This document shows, piece after piece, positions 1 to 13,700 of a DNA stretch of 64,000 nt. Positions within the stretch are counted from its first letter, which is position 1. Each line of letters opens with the position of its first letter. This DNA is from Ruditapes philippinarum (Eukaryota): contig NW_026852234.1 of assembly GCF_026571515.1 (NCBI RefSeq), positions 124,001 to 188,000 on the forward strand. Reading direction: 5' to 3'. The notes under the pieces were generated by a model that made no database searches, was not told where the DNA came from, and worked only from the letters and a program-made list of their open reading frames with translations. Position numbers and translations under genes: made by a program.

Positions 1-300
1 TTGATAATTTTCAAACACATCATTTAAGTTTTTCCACCTTAAACGGTAAAATAATCATAGAAAATTAGAAATATCACGTTATAGTTTTTTGTTCTTAATT
101 AGGAGTACTTCAGACTAATTCCCTGCAGGTAAATCCGTAACCGGCAAAAGGTATTTAGCTAGGTTTTCGAAAAGGTCAATTAACCAATCGTGTACGGTTT
201 ACAGATAACATGCTCCTCCATGTACCGAAAACAGGTCACGTGCTTCTCCGTGCCTCAAAAGTTAAACGCGTACCAATACCCTGCGGTCTTCAGGGAATAA
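1..300 (-). mobile_element. HINE-like (Helentron-associated) non-autonomous element family A, partial copy
   Basis: Closely similar to 13209-13512; terminal hairpin partly deleted (ccctgcggtctt-cagggaat). Confidence 0.75.
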
Positions 301-877
301 CATTCAATACACATACAGAAGTATGTACATGTACAGTCAAACTTGTGAACAAAGGTCATCCAAGGGAGGAGCAAATATGGCCTTTATAGTGGTCTATATT
401 TGAAAATTACATTGTTCTTTTTTAGTTTTAGTCAATGAAGGAGCTGGCCATTAACACTGGATTGACTGTATCTGTCAAAACTAGTAAAGCTGATGTTTAT
501 AACTGTAGTTATTCATACAAGTTTGTTTAAAATTTCAGTAACAATACTCTATATTTGGTGTATTTTCACCTCAAGGATCAACCTCAATACTGCTTCTCAA
601 TTTTAACTTTTTAATATGGAAGCCCAATGAACTAACAATGGACAGTTTCAAAATGATAACAATGCTGGCATAGGGTGTGATAAGACTTCATAGGCATGCA
701 ATCTGACCTTGACACATGCATGTCTTCATTGTAGCTTGCAATCAAGAGATTGATGTTTGAACTACTGTATTGACTTGAACTCAGGACACAAGGATTGGAC
801 ATACAGAGTTGGCCTGCTACTATACTGGTCAACTTGGCAAATTATTAAGAACGCTAAGAAAATCATGTAATTCTTAC

Positions 878-3800
878 CAGTCTTGATGTATGAATTTGAT
901 ACTGCCCGTGCAGACACATGGATGATACAGAGGTTTATCTGACGTCCCCTCACATCTGCACACACGACATATATCTGAAATTATAAATGGTATAATATAA
1001 ACATATATATCATATAATGATGACAACTATAATCTCTTTAAATAATGTCCATCCAACTTAAATACATGCGCTTGCCGGCTATATTTTAACAGTTACTTAA
1101 TTGAGCAGTAAAAATAGCATACAAGATAAATATATACAGTACTTACACATAAGACATGGGTATTAATAGGTTCAAAGAAGCAGAACACAAAAATCATCTA
1201 ATTGAAAGGACCATGCCTACATGTTTATAAGCATTTGCATGCTTTATAAATTTTCATGTAAAATTTTTGCATGAATCTGCAGGTGTGTTGCTTTAAGTTT
1301 TAGAAACACTTTGGTACATTTTGTACATACCATATAATAGCTTTTAATTAAACAATACATAAATACATGTTATAGTTATTACTATCTTAACACATGATTT
1401 ATATATTAATATGTGAATAAGAAACATTTTTACCTTGGGAAGTATCTAAATACAAATCCCCAGCCATATCATGTGTGATACATTTTCTTTTATTAAATAA
1501 TTTGTTTGTATCCTTTTATTTAATGTGTCTATTCATTTAATACATTTAATAAATCTTTTCATTTAATGTATCCTTTCATTTAATGTACCCTTTTCCTTTA
1601 ATGTATCCTTTCATTTAATTTAAGTCTTCCTGTTTCACTATCACATTAAATTTTTCACAAAATTCAAAGGTTTATTATTATATTGATCAACATTCAATAT
1701 AGAAAAACCTACTTTTTAAAGCTATGTTACAAAATTCAATTCATGCTCCAACGTTCAAATTCACAAAATGAACCAACTCTATTCAGTCTTTCAAATGAAC
1801 ACACAAATTACTTTTATGTTAATTTATATCAAGGTCCAGTTATCAGACATTCTTATTGTAACATCTCACTATTTTCACATACAACACTTTTACAAGGAAT
1901 TCCTTCACTCACACTACTAATGAAAATCAATAAGGATTACTTAATCTTTATTCCTGCCCAGCTGATTTAAAAGATTATTTACAAATTTTTGAACTGGTGG
2001 AAAAAGTTCATAACTAATTTTACACCTGAATAGTCTCCCTTCAAGAAGTTGGGGAAGTCTATCTATGCTGTAAACTGGTCAATATTTGACACCGTCCAAT
2101 TTGGTGAATAAACTAGATGTAATATTTCATACTTTGCGGTTTCAATGTATGACTATCAAATCAGTAATAAATGAGATATAAATAATCATTATGTAAGACG
2201 CTGCATACAAATGCATAAAAAGTGTCAGTATTAAGATAACACCTGAGTGAGTAGCAGGGCTTTTTCCCCCACTTCTATAGCAGGGTCATTTTAAGTCCTG
2301 TTTTTCCCTCAATAAAATTCTTTAAAATAATGCAGTTTTCACCTAAAATTCAAATGATTTAATAACATCAAGAAAATTCTTTAAAATAATGCAGTTTTCA
2401 ACTAAAACATCAAGTTTTCCTTCCCTTTTTGCAAAGCCATGGTGTTTATTCTCCCAAAAGTTGGATAGCTCCACTGCTCTTTTAATAGTTGGAAGTTTAT
2501 TCACTAATTATGACACTAATTTTTTCCAAACTTTCCCTCAAATTTTTAAAAAATTCCCTCAAATTCTAAAAAAGTCACAAATCACAATTAAAACAAATTC
2601 AGTTTTTTATACATGCACATTGATGTGACTTTAAAAAATCATTTTGTAACAAATTAAATTTCATTTTTAATAAAAATCAACAAATATTAACATATCAATT
2701 TTTTTTCGACACCTAAAATTTGTACATTGTAAGACACTGAAAATCCTTTGCCACTTAAAACCTGACTTTATAGTAGAAACATAAGGATTAGGGATTATCA
2801 AACATGGTAAGGCAAAAAGTGACACCCAGCCAGGAGCAATATAATCTTTTCATTAATATTTCAATCTGTTTTCAATACATTTGGTACTTTAAACACTTCA
2901 TGTAGCTGCAAGTTTACAAACATATAAAAAGAAAAACACTTTTAATACCACTTTTATGGAACAGATTTGAATACATTTATAACATACTTTTATATAGAGA
3001 CCACATTAGTTTAATGTATAAACAAGAAATTGTTGAACTCAGTGTTTTGAAAGGAAAAATCAAAATAAAGCAGTGTGTTTCATTTTAAAATAAATTTATA
3101 ACAAATAAAGATCACATTTATGATATAATGCATTAACAAGGAATTATTCAACCCTGGTTTTAAAAGTGATTTTTTAAAATTTCCCTTCAGCAGTGTGTTT
3201 GGATATTAACAAAATAATGGTAAATTTTATTTATTGCTTTTATCTTATTGTAGTAAATTTTTAATAGTAGACTTAATGCATTTTACCAACAACAAAAGAT
3301 TGAAACTTAAGGTATTAAGTTGTTTTTTTTTATTTGAAAATTGTTTGGTACTTTTTGAATAATTAGAAAAAAATAGTACATTTTATTATGCTATAGTAAT
3401 GGAAAAATGATAATTTATTAATAAATTTTCTTGATTTATACTTGTCTTCAAAGTGGTTGCTTTTCACTATTTACATGTAAATATAATATTAATGATATAT
3501 CTCTTACTGTTACATATACATTTAATTAAATGTAATAATGTATGTAACTTTACTTATATGTAAATATAAATGTAATAATACACATCACTTGAGTTAAATC
3601 AAGAAAATATGGTGGTTTTTATTATTATCATTAAATTATCCATTATAATTTTTTAACATATCTAAGCAGTAAGCAGTAGGTAATTTTATTAAACATTAAA
3701 TTATTAATCTGGGCTTCATTCTTGTATTTATTCAATTTTTTCAATTTTTTTCTTAGATGTGCATATACATGTACATGTACTATAAATCAATCCTGTATAT

Positions 3801-6800
3801 ATTTGCCCTTTAAATTAGTTATGAAATTTTGATTTAGTACATGGATATTCAATAAAATTAATGATACTGGGTAATGAATATTTTGTTAGCATTACAATGT
3901 ACATGTGTAATTAATTTTATTTTATGAAACATCGTTTTAACATGTGAAATTTTATAGCTGTAGCTGTAAATACAAGTATGTGATTCACTGGGCCTAAAAA
4001 ATCTAGTCAACTGTTATTCAAATTTGAAATCTACATCTTAAACTAATGTTGTATTTTAAATTTTAATGCTGTAGCTCTGCTTAAAACAAAACAAAGCTTC
4101 AATATCTAGATTTAAATTCTGTAGAGATCTGAAACAACATGCATATTGTGATATTGACAATTTAATGCTTAGCCTAGCTTTACTTGTTAAATTATAGCTT
4201 TACTTGACGTCGACGACGTCATTTGGAGACAACGTCATCTTTGTCTTATGACATCATGTATTCAGATCAGTCAATAAACTTTATAATCATGAATTAGAGT
4301 TGATTGGTAGAAGACATAACACATATGGTACAAATTTTATAACATTACACATATCTGTATTGAGCAATTTACTTTTGTATTAATAAATTTAATATGCATG
4401 TAAATTTGTGATAAAACCAATTCAACTTTAAACTTTTTAAACTTGCTGAATAAAAAGAGGTAGTTGTACCACAATTATATACCATATAATACAGTGTAGT
4501 ATTGATTATCCTTAATTGCTAAATATATTATGTTTACATTGACAAATTAATTCAATTACAGGGGCATTATGTCCAACGAAACTGCATAGTCTGCACATAT
4601 GTGTGTTAATTGAAGTAAATTATCAGAAGTAACTGTGTATCACCAATTTGGTTTCAATTTAAGTTATGCGAAGAGGCCAGGAATAAATTTATCGACAAGC
4701 GCTGTGTGATACATAAAGATCTGTTATTGTAAATCTGAATGTGGTTGGTAAAATGCGCAGCGATGTCAATTTCACTTTCATGTTCAAATTTCGGGTAGTT
4801 CATAAGGGGCAAATTTTGAAGAAAAGTTTAACAAGACAAATCTGACAATGAGAAGTGTTGTTGTCAGGTTTTAACCACAGACACTTGGAGTGTAGACCCC
4901 GCCCTTCTCCACACCTGAATATTAAAAACTAAAAATATTAATTATTACAAGAATTAGTATTAAATTTTTGCTTATATTAGTATGAGACGGTTAAGTGTCT
5001 AACACGTGAACAAGTTTGAATAGAATTTCATAACGTTTTAAAAAAGTCAATTTTTTACCAACGCTTCAATTTCCTGAAGATACCAAGCTTTGAAATGTAA
5101 ACACAACTGACCTACATGAATTTCAAGCATTTATGTTATTGCATGCCATTTCTTTGCTCATGTGTAAATCAGTCGAGGTATTGTCCAACAACATTGACCT
5201 GGCACTCTTGCATTTGACCCCATAGTCGGTAAATTCCGTAAACGTTACTGTTTATTGTAAATCGATAAGAATGTATATATAACCAGTTGTTAAATGATCT
5301 AAATAACAAATCCCTCTTAGCACAGTCGTAAAGTGCTTTCACTTCAAGAATAAAGACGCACACTCGTAGGTTCGAATCCTGGTTCAGCCACTTTTATATT
5401 TTTTTCTTATTTTAAAATTTCTATTTCTCTCTTAACTCGTGCAAAACGTTTTGAGTTTTGGTTGTGTATGAATTTTAATTTGTATTATGGATGTGCTGTC
5501 CTTTTTATTAATTAAAGATAATGTAATAAAATAAAAAATAAAATTGTATAAAAACACTTCTTAAAAGGTATCCTAAAAACCAGATGTAGTAAAACGATTT
5601 CAAATTAATTCTTGCAAGTTATTTTCAAATTGAAATAAAAAAATGTATGTCCTCATAACGTGGTGTTGGTAAGGTATCGAACCAGGGAACTTCAGATCAG
5701 TAGTCAGGCATCTATACCAATACACCACAACTCATTGACGTGTGAAGTTAATAAGATATTGATATATTCGTTAGATACCACCGTTTATCACCTGACCTTT
5801 ACGGAAATTAATGAAGTGCCAGGTCAATATTGTTGGACAATATATATTCTTCTAATAAATAAACATATACTGTGCTCCTCTTAGTTCACGGTACGTAACG
5901 CTTTGAAACCAGAAAGCAAATAACAAATGAAACTTATGGTACAAAAATTGTCATAAGCTGTAACATATTGTGATTTTCTGCTGTATGACACAAGGAATCA
6001 ACAATATATTCAGTCAAAATCAGTTTTGATGGGCCAGACGTAGACCATATGTTGGTCATTTTGAAAACTGTATGTCATCATTTAAACCACGGTAAATGGT
6101 TTTACACTTCAGTTTTTTCATCTTTTAGCTAAAATTTCTACATGTATTTGCTTAATTTTAAATATTAAAACTATTTTTACTTTGTAACTCAAAATCTATT
6201 TTTTCAACAAGTAAGAACATTTAGAAAATGATGATTGTTTCAAACTTATACACAAATTTAATGAACTACTGTTGCTTTTTGCAGAAATTTGTAAACGTGT
6301 TCTGTTTTACGTAAAAATCTAGATTTAAAATATTTTGCATAAACTCTTTGTTGTTTAGGTATCAAATAAAATATGTCAATTGTGACCAATCCTAACACTG
6401 GTCATATGAACAGGGCTCATCCTGGGGGGAAATTTTAGGGAGAAGTGACGACCTCGCGAAAATTAGGGAGAAGGGAAACAACCCAATGTGTATGCATTAA
6501 CATGCATGGCTATACATCCTTTAATTATAATATAAACACAATTATCATCACTTATAATATTTCTCCAGTTTATTAATTAATAGTAGTATTAATTAAAAGT
6601 AGATTAATTATTTAGTAGTAGATCAGGCAATTGCATCTAAGCTTTCTCTAAATATGTGTTTATATATTTTCATGTACATTTGTTGATAATAATGTGTAAG
6701 AAAGGATGATGATGAAATCAATTTCATATTTTTTACTTTACTTTCCTCACCTTTAAAAGAAAAGATGAAGTCACATTGGATATTGATTAATAATATCTGT

Positions 6801-9800
6801 TCTATTCTGTTCTGGTAACAGAAATTTCTCTCAAAGTCCAGAATGTTGTAATGTCACATTTATATGCATATAATTATGCTCATAAAACAATTTTCACACA
6901 TCAAAGAATATGTAAAATATGTACTGCAAACATTTGTGCACATTATATTTGATCACTAAAATTACATACATTAATTTCTTATTGAAAAATTTGACTGAGA
7001 AATTGTAGAAAATTAATTTCTAATTACCTCCCTTTATTTTCATGAAATGTTAAATTCGGTAATATCTTTATAAATAATGCTTTTTAAAATTTACAATATC
7101 GATAAATCTTAATCTGAGCGTCATATTTACGAATTTATTTTGAAACAATAAGAACACTTCTTTCCAGACAAATGTTGTTGTTATATACACGTTACATGAT
7201 ATACGACCGATATGTAGTTAAGCCGGGATGTCTTGCCCACGTGCGTAAACTGTGTCAAATTTGGCATTTCTACAAAGAGAACAATGCCAAACACCCCTGC
7301 TGTCTACAACATACCAATCGCAAGATTTTTGCGAATTGGCTTTCTTAAATTTTCGCGTATCAGAATCGGTTACGGCATTTCGCCTTGTAGCCATGACGTG
7401 AGCGACATAACAATTTTACAGTAAAAATTGATGTTAACAGACAGAAATCATTCAAAACTATGTTTAAGTTTTTAATCTGGTTGCTGATCATTAATGAAAT
7501 TGATTATTTTTAATTGACTAACAGTTTTGTGATAGCCGTGAAAAATCCATTGCACATCGCCTTTACTCGGGTTAAAAACCCACCATCGAAGTGCATCGTG
7601 TACATCAATTAGGGAAGATTGTACTTGTTTAGATAATCGGGGAAAAACAATTTATAACTAGAGGATGCTTTTGTAAAAAAGCGCATGTCTCCCCCACTGC
7701 TGAGAATAACTGTGAATGGAAACAGGAATGGAAATGGAGAAATCCGGAAATGAGAAAATGACCAATGGTCACTGTGACCTTAACCTTTGACCTACTGACC
7801 CCATAAACAAGAGGGATCATCTGCTCAATAAGACCAATCATCCTATGAAGTTTGAGGGTTGTAGGTCTAAAGGAACTCTAGTTATCATCCGGAAAGGAGA
7901 AATTAACCAACGGTCGCTGTGACCTTGACCTTTGACCTACTGACCATTAAAACAATAGGGATCATTTGATTAATAAGACCAATCATCCTATGAAGTTTGA
8001 GGGTTGTAGGTCAAAAGGAACTCTAGTTATCATCCGGAAATGAGAAATTGACCAACGGTCACTGTGACCTTGACCTTTGACCTACTGACCCCAAAAACAA
8101 TAGGGATCATCTGCTCTATAAGACCAATCATCCTATGAAGTTTGAGGGCTGTAGGTCAAAAGGAACTCTAGTTATCATCCGGAAACGAGAAATTGACCAA
8201 CGGTCACTGTGACCTTGACCTTTGAACTACTGACCCCAAAAACAATAGGGATCATCTGCTCAATAAGACCAATCATCCTATGAAGTTTGAGGTCTGTAGG
8301 TCTAAAGGAACTCTAGTTATCATCCGGAAACGAGAAATTGACCAACGGTCAGTGTGACCTTGACCTTTGACCTACTGACCCCAAAAACAATAGGGATCAT
8401 CAGCTCTATAAGACCAATCATCCTATGAAGTTTGAGGGCTGTAGGTCAAAAGGAACTCTAGTTATCGTCCGGAAACGAAGAATGGACGGACGGACTGACG
8501 GACGGACTGACGGACGGACTGACGGACGGACAGGGCAAAAACAATATGTCTCCCCCCGAGGTGGGGGAGACATAATTATCGCCAAATCCCGTATTAAACT
8601 CGCAAAACTATCACACAATTATACCGTTTCGGGCCGATGCTCTCATTATTTACTGTTTAGAGTAGGCGGTCTATCGCTTCGCTTACAGGTAGAAGGGTAG
8701 TATAAAGCGACGCTCTGATTGGATAATGATAATTAGCGGTCGTCATATGGGCGGATACAATCTCTGCTCTTTACATCGCTAAGTAATTACTATTTGGGAA
8801 TTAAGATTTTATCGGCGATGTTGACTTCTCTTTGATCAATCGGAAGAGCGAAATTGGAATATACACGGCGAAGTTTTCGCCAGAATCGCCCTTCCGGATG
8901 AGCCCTGATGAAAATATGCCATTACCGTGAAATAAATTACAGTGATTTTTTTCCAATTTTCAAAACAACCTGTGGCTTTCTGAAGGTGAAAGTGTAGCGC
9001 AATAAATCAGAAAAGGGAAAAAATCAAATTCCAACAACTAAGAATGGAATTTACCAACACATTTATAAAAATTCAATTTATATTCAATTTAAAATGCATG
9101 GTACATAGCAGAGGCTATAGAGACAGCTTTCTGTCTTCTAGCTGATATAATAAGTCAGATGCTGTTTAGAAATAGGTCTGGTGAAGAAGTGCACAGGGCA
9201 TTTCAGGGGGAAAATATTAGCTTTTTAAGGGGAAAATATACCTATTTTGAGCTAGGGCTAAGGGGAAACAGCCTTTATTCGGCTGTAAAATACAGGGAAA
9301 AAAATCACTGAATGATGACGTGGAAGTAGTGATGATGCGGAATTAGTGATGTTGACAATGACTTTATGTTACTATCCGATCGTACCTTTCTTCCAAGCTT
9401 CACACATTAACTTAAATTTTCTTAACCGTGTCACATGTTTGTTTGCAAGTTCATGACGACTGGAATGTTTCCCCCACCTAACAGCGGAAAAATCGTAGGA
9501 AAACAGAACATTTCGTAAAAAAAATGTACGTTGTTATCGTCTCACACACGTGCACATGGCCTATATTTACGGGAGCGAAAATACAAGGTAAACAATAAAA
9601 AATATAGAAAATTTTATTTCTTTTTACGTTAAGACTTTTACATTCATTGTTTAAATATCATTTTACTTAAATTATGTTTCTTTATAATTTCACGTGGCTA
9701 TCAAACTGGCTGGATGAAATTCCTCCGTATGTGATGACTCCGTGTAAAGAAATGCAGGTGTTTTATTCGTTAGAGAATTATGTTTGGTTCTCGGCGCGCA

Positions 9801-10443
9801 AAACAGTGCTGAAACTCATTCCAGTCGTCTCACATCAAAGGAAATTGTACGTTGTTATCTTTATGAAATTAAGATATTTTAGGGACTTTTTTAAATGTTG
9901 TCAAAATAGCGGAAACAAGTTTCGTGTTCAAGACATGTGACCAGGTTGTAATATGCAAAATATTTTGACGTACGGTTATCAAGATAAAAATAGACATGTT
10001 CAAGTGTATGCAAGTGTGGATCAAGAAGGGGAGCCACGCACATGACCCCAAGTTTCTGTGGTTTTAACTAAAGATCTTTATAGGCAAGCCATTGTCAGGC
10101 CAATAATTTGGACTATATATACATTGTTGCATACAAAGAACATAAGCTCTAGGTTCATATTTCAAGTTATAAACATGAATGAATTCGGTCAGAAACAAAG
10201 AGCACCTGCAAATTTAACATGTTAACAACAAGTGACCAAAAAAAATTTGGCAAAAAAAGTTTATAAAATCACATTCTTTTGCGATCTGGATCGAACATGG
10301 CCAAAATAATACGTCATTTTCATATTAATAAATATTTCTTAAACAAGTGTACATGAAAAGCAATCAAATAAATTTGAAAAGATATGGTAAATTTCAGTAA
10401 AATTCTAACCTGTCTGTGGCTCATCTGTGTCGTCGACGTCCAT
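878..10443 (-). CDS. MARCHF6: E3 ubiquitin ligase MARCHF6/TEB4/Doa10, 5' part (coding exons 1-2; rest lies left of the window)
   Basis: Exon 1 10443-10410 (caaaATG; [11 protein letters not shown] + G, donor GTTAGA) splices in phase 1 to exon 2 974-878 (acceptor tttcAG, donor GTAAGA): [33 protein letters not shown], recognisably the MARCH6 RING-CH N-terminus. Not in the ORF track. Confidence 0.93.
5179..5842. mobile_element. TA-bounded MITE with ~28-bp TIRs containing two tRNA-like segments
   Basis: TATTGTCCAACAACATTGACCTGGCACT (5179-5206) is inverted at 5815-5842 with one mismatch. B-box GGTTCGAATCC on + (~5369-5379) and GGTTCGATACC on - (~5683-5673). Confidence 0.65.
6411..8907. mobile_element. 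Non-autonomous hAT-like element with 5-bp TSD, carrying a nested HINE
   Basis: TIR CAGGGCTCATCC 6411-6422 / GGATGAGCCCTG 8896-8907; TSD ATGAA at 6406-6410 and 8908-8912. Confidence 0.75.
7656..8575 (-). mobile_element. HINE-like element family B with 5 x 145-bp tandem array and (GGAC)n microsatellite
   Basis: Subterminal IR ATGTCTCCCCCAC 7685-7697 / 8561-8573 with hairpin partner at 8546-8557. Unit starts at 7767, 7912, 8057, 8202, 8347. GGAC/GACT repeat 8484-8531. Confidence 0.85.
8940..9310. mobile_element. MITE with CAGTGATTTTTTT TIRs
   Basis: cagtgattttttt at 8940 and aaaaaaatcactg ending at 9310; flanks AATTA/AATGA (degenerate 5-bp TSD). Confidence 0.55.
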
Positions 10444-10704
10444 TTTGATTTGATGTCGTAAATTATGTCAAAATTTGCCAAAAATGTACTTTTCACCAGG
10501 AACGTTTAGAATTATGCGGCTTAGTTAAATTTTATAAATCTTTCGTCTTTCAGATATTTCAATACTATAATGGCAAATATTAAATGTAACAAGGCTATGT
10601 TTACTTTTACGACATTAGACGATTTGGAGTAGTTTACACAGCAACACAATTTTCTGTAATTTTGGGATTTTTTTAATTCCCATAAACTTGAAATCTACGC
10701 AATA
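10444..10704. promoter_or_regulatory. Probable bidirectional promoter/5' UTR region between MARCHF6 and WDR88 start codons
   Basis: Divergent ATGs at 10443 (-) and 10705 (+), 261 bp apart. TSS positions cannot be determined from sequence. Confidence 0.55.
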
Positions 10705-13700
10705 ATGACTGATGCAATAGCAACAGAGGACGACATAAAAAGTGATATTGATCTTGTTCAAAAAGCAACATGGGAACATGAAGAACTTGCCCAGGTTTAA
10801 CACATAAATACTAAAATTATAAAAATGCAGTTTGTTAACACGTCCCTAAGCCAAGTCGTCCTCATTTTTAAACCTTCTCACTTTTGAGTTTGGTTAAAGC
10901 TTCCCCATTCACAAAAGTCAAAACACACAAAACAAAAAATATAAATCAAAAACAAGATTTCACTTTCATTTTGTGATACAATTAAATTTATTACACTGGT
11001 GTGCTCGAATTACCCAAATATTGCCCACGTATATGCCTTATTCTCATCGATTTGTGCCTTCTCAGCGATTCCTGACCTAAACAATTGTCTGGTATAAATA
11101 CTTCTGCAAGGACATACACCATCCGAAAACTACACAAGTTTTATGAGACACTCGATTTGACAATTCTATCCAATCAAAATGCATAATTGAACAGGTGTAA
11201 AATGACCTTACCCTACAATCAGCTGGTGACCTAATTACTTTAAAATATTCGATATTGATGTTTTAATTTATCAAACACACTTACACTTAAGCCAAAAAAG
11301 TATTCATTATGCTGTAAGAATTTACTTAAGACTTTGAAACATATATTGATCAGATCAGGCTGAAAATAACCATGCAAACATTTAGTGGTGTGATCACGTA
11401 TATTTTGATGACGTCACAGGGTGAATCGGATTTCACGAATTGATGGGTAAGCGTCCAGCTGAGCAAGACAGTCATGGTTGACATGTTCAGTTGCTCTAAT
11501 CTTTGAGCGGTTGTTTTTAGAAGTAATTTAAAGTTTATGAACTTTTAGATTATGAATTTATTTAACAAATGCACTAATTGAACTGTATTTATGTCTGATA
11601 TTTGTTGTGCAAGTGCAATTTTTCCCAATAAGAGTCACAAATCGACGAGAGAAAAGCATATATACTAAAAATAATTATTTTATACTAAAATGCTGTTTAA
11701 ATGATGAATACAATATATCCTTTCAATAATATACCCAAAATATATATCCAAATATACCCAAAAATACATTTTCCTATCACTGTGTTTTGAACCAAAATAT
11801 ATCTATCTACAGTATCTATCTATCTTCCATTAATGTCAAACGCCTCACGGGGACATAGGCATGACTCTAGATACATTTTGTAAGTCACTTAAGAGAAAGC
11901 TTTTGAGATACAAGGGAATCCGGGCACCAGTCCCTAGCTCTTATTGAATAGACCCCTTGGTACTTTTACATGCCCAGTGTATAGCACTGATACATGCAAG
12001 GATTACCTGGTTAGGTGGGAAACACTGAAAGTGTCTCTGAAAAATCCCAAGGGTGTTACCCAGGATCAAACCTGGAACCTCAGGAGTGACAACCAGTTGT
12101 CTGCTTAACTGAGCTATCGCCCCACTAATTGATGTACTCAATTTAAGGTATTGAATTACAAAAAAAATATAATCTGATGGACACTTTTATGACATTACAG
12201 CAAAAAAATACCCTAAAAATTTAAATGTAGACAACAAATATTATCATATTTTAAATTGCACATATATATTCATTAATGAACCTAGATCAGGAAATGTCGC
12301 AAGTTTATTTACTTTCACAATCTTAAATGCCCTTTTCAATGGATTGAATGACTAAGTAATAGCCGGCTTAGTCATGTTATATTTTTTTAAATATAATTCA
12401 TTTTCTCATCATAGTCTATATTCTATACAAACAAAAATGAATACTGCTATATTTGAGTATTATTTGGGAAATATTTGTATATTTGAGTATATTTGGGTAA
12501 TATTTGGGTGTATTTGGGTATTTCATGCCTCTGTTTCTTACTTCAAGACATTCAAAATATTGTACCAAAGCTGGATTCTGAGATATTTTTGTTCTAGGTC
12601 AGAGTCTCGCTTCTATATATAAAGTAAAGGGCAGATATTGCCCATACACAAAATAGCACAATACCGCAATGAAAAGTACAATTAGTTGGACTTAGTTCAT
12701 GTTACTCAAGAAAAAAACAAAAAAAAACAATGAATTTACGGTACAAAAAAAAATGTTATCAACTATAACTTTTAAGTACTTTATGTGAATAACACAAGGA
12801 AACAACAAAATATTCAATCAAAGGAAAGACAAGTAATTTGGTTTCCTGCGGTGAACATTTTTAATGATATAAAGATATTTCATTTAACTATTTTCAACAT
12901 TGTTTGGGGGAATAAATAAACGTTTGTATCAGGAATATAGTTGACAATAATCGAAGAAGGTCTTTGGAAACTGGCGACCGTTGTTCAAAGACTGGAGAAG
13001 GTCGAACATAAAACAATTATTTCTTTTTAAGAAAATGATTAAATAGGCCTACCATTTTATGAATAATTCCGAGCAAAAAAAATTTAAGTAAACACACAAG
13101 TTTACAAAATATCTCTATTTATTATGGCAGATGCCACTACGAATATTTTAATTTTGTAGATTTTCAATTTAGTGTTTGTAAAAATTTGAGATAGATATTA
13201 AAGAAACATTGATAATTTTCAAACACATCAAGTTTTTCCACCTTAAACGGTAAAATAATTATAGAAAATTAGAAATGTCACATAATGGTTTTTGTTCTTA
13301 ATTATGTGTAATTCGGACTTATTCCCTAGAGGTAAATCTGTAACGACTACCGGCACACGGTATTTAGCTAGGTTTTCGAAAAGGTTAACCAATCATGTAC
13401 GGTTTACAGATCACATGCTCCTCCATGTACCGAAAACAGGTCACGTGCTCCTCCATGCCTCAAAAGTTAAACGCGTACCAATACCCTGCGGTCTCCAGAC
13501 CGCAGGGAATTAATTGGGCCAGACATAGACTGTTATAAGGTCAGCGTTTTTGAGAACATGACATCATTGTTTAAATGTCATCATTACTGATGTAACACTT
13601 AGTGGGTTTTTTTTTTCTTAAGGTTTCAGTTAAAATTACTAAAGCCCTAAAGCCAGGTTTAATGCTTTATTTTAAATACCTTTGCAATACTTTTTTGTTC

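Noticed and set aside
950-956. Extra Cys (RCEG vs human RSEG) in the MARCHF6 RING-CH
   Set aside because: Not a zinc-ligand position, and as I recall it also occurs in other invertebrate orthologues.
7743-8478. Regular repeat array resembling CRISPR
   Set aside because: Whole 145-bp units repeat with no unique spacers, no cas genes, eukaryotic context.
8418-8700. ORFs with RTDG/PSVR repeats (also 36358-36576)
   Set aside because: Translations of the HINE GGAC/GTCC microsatellite.
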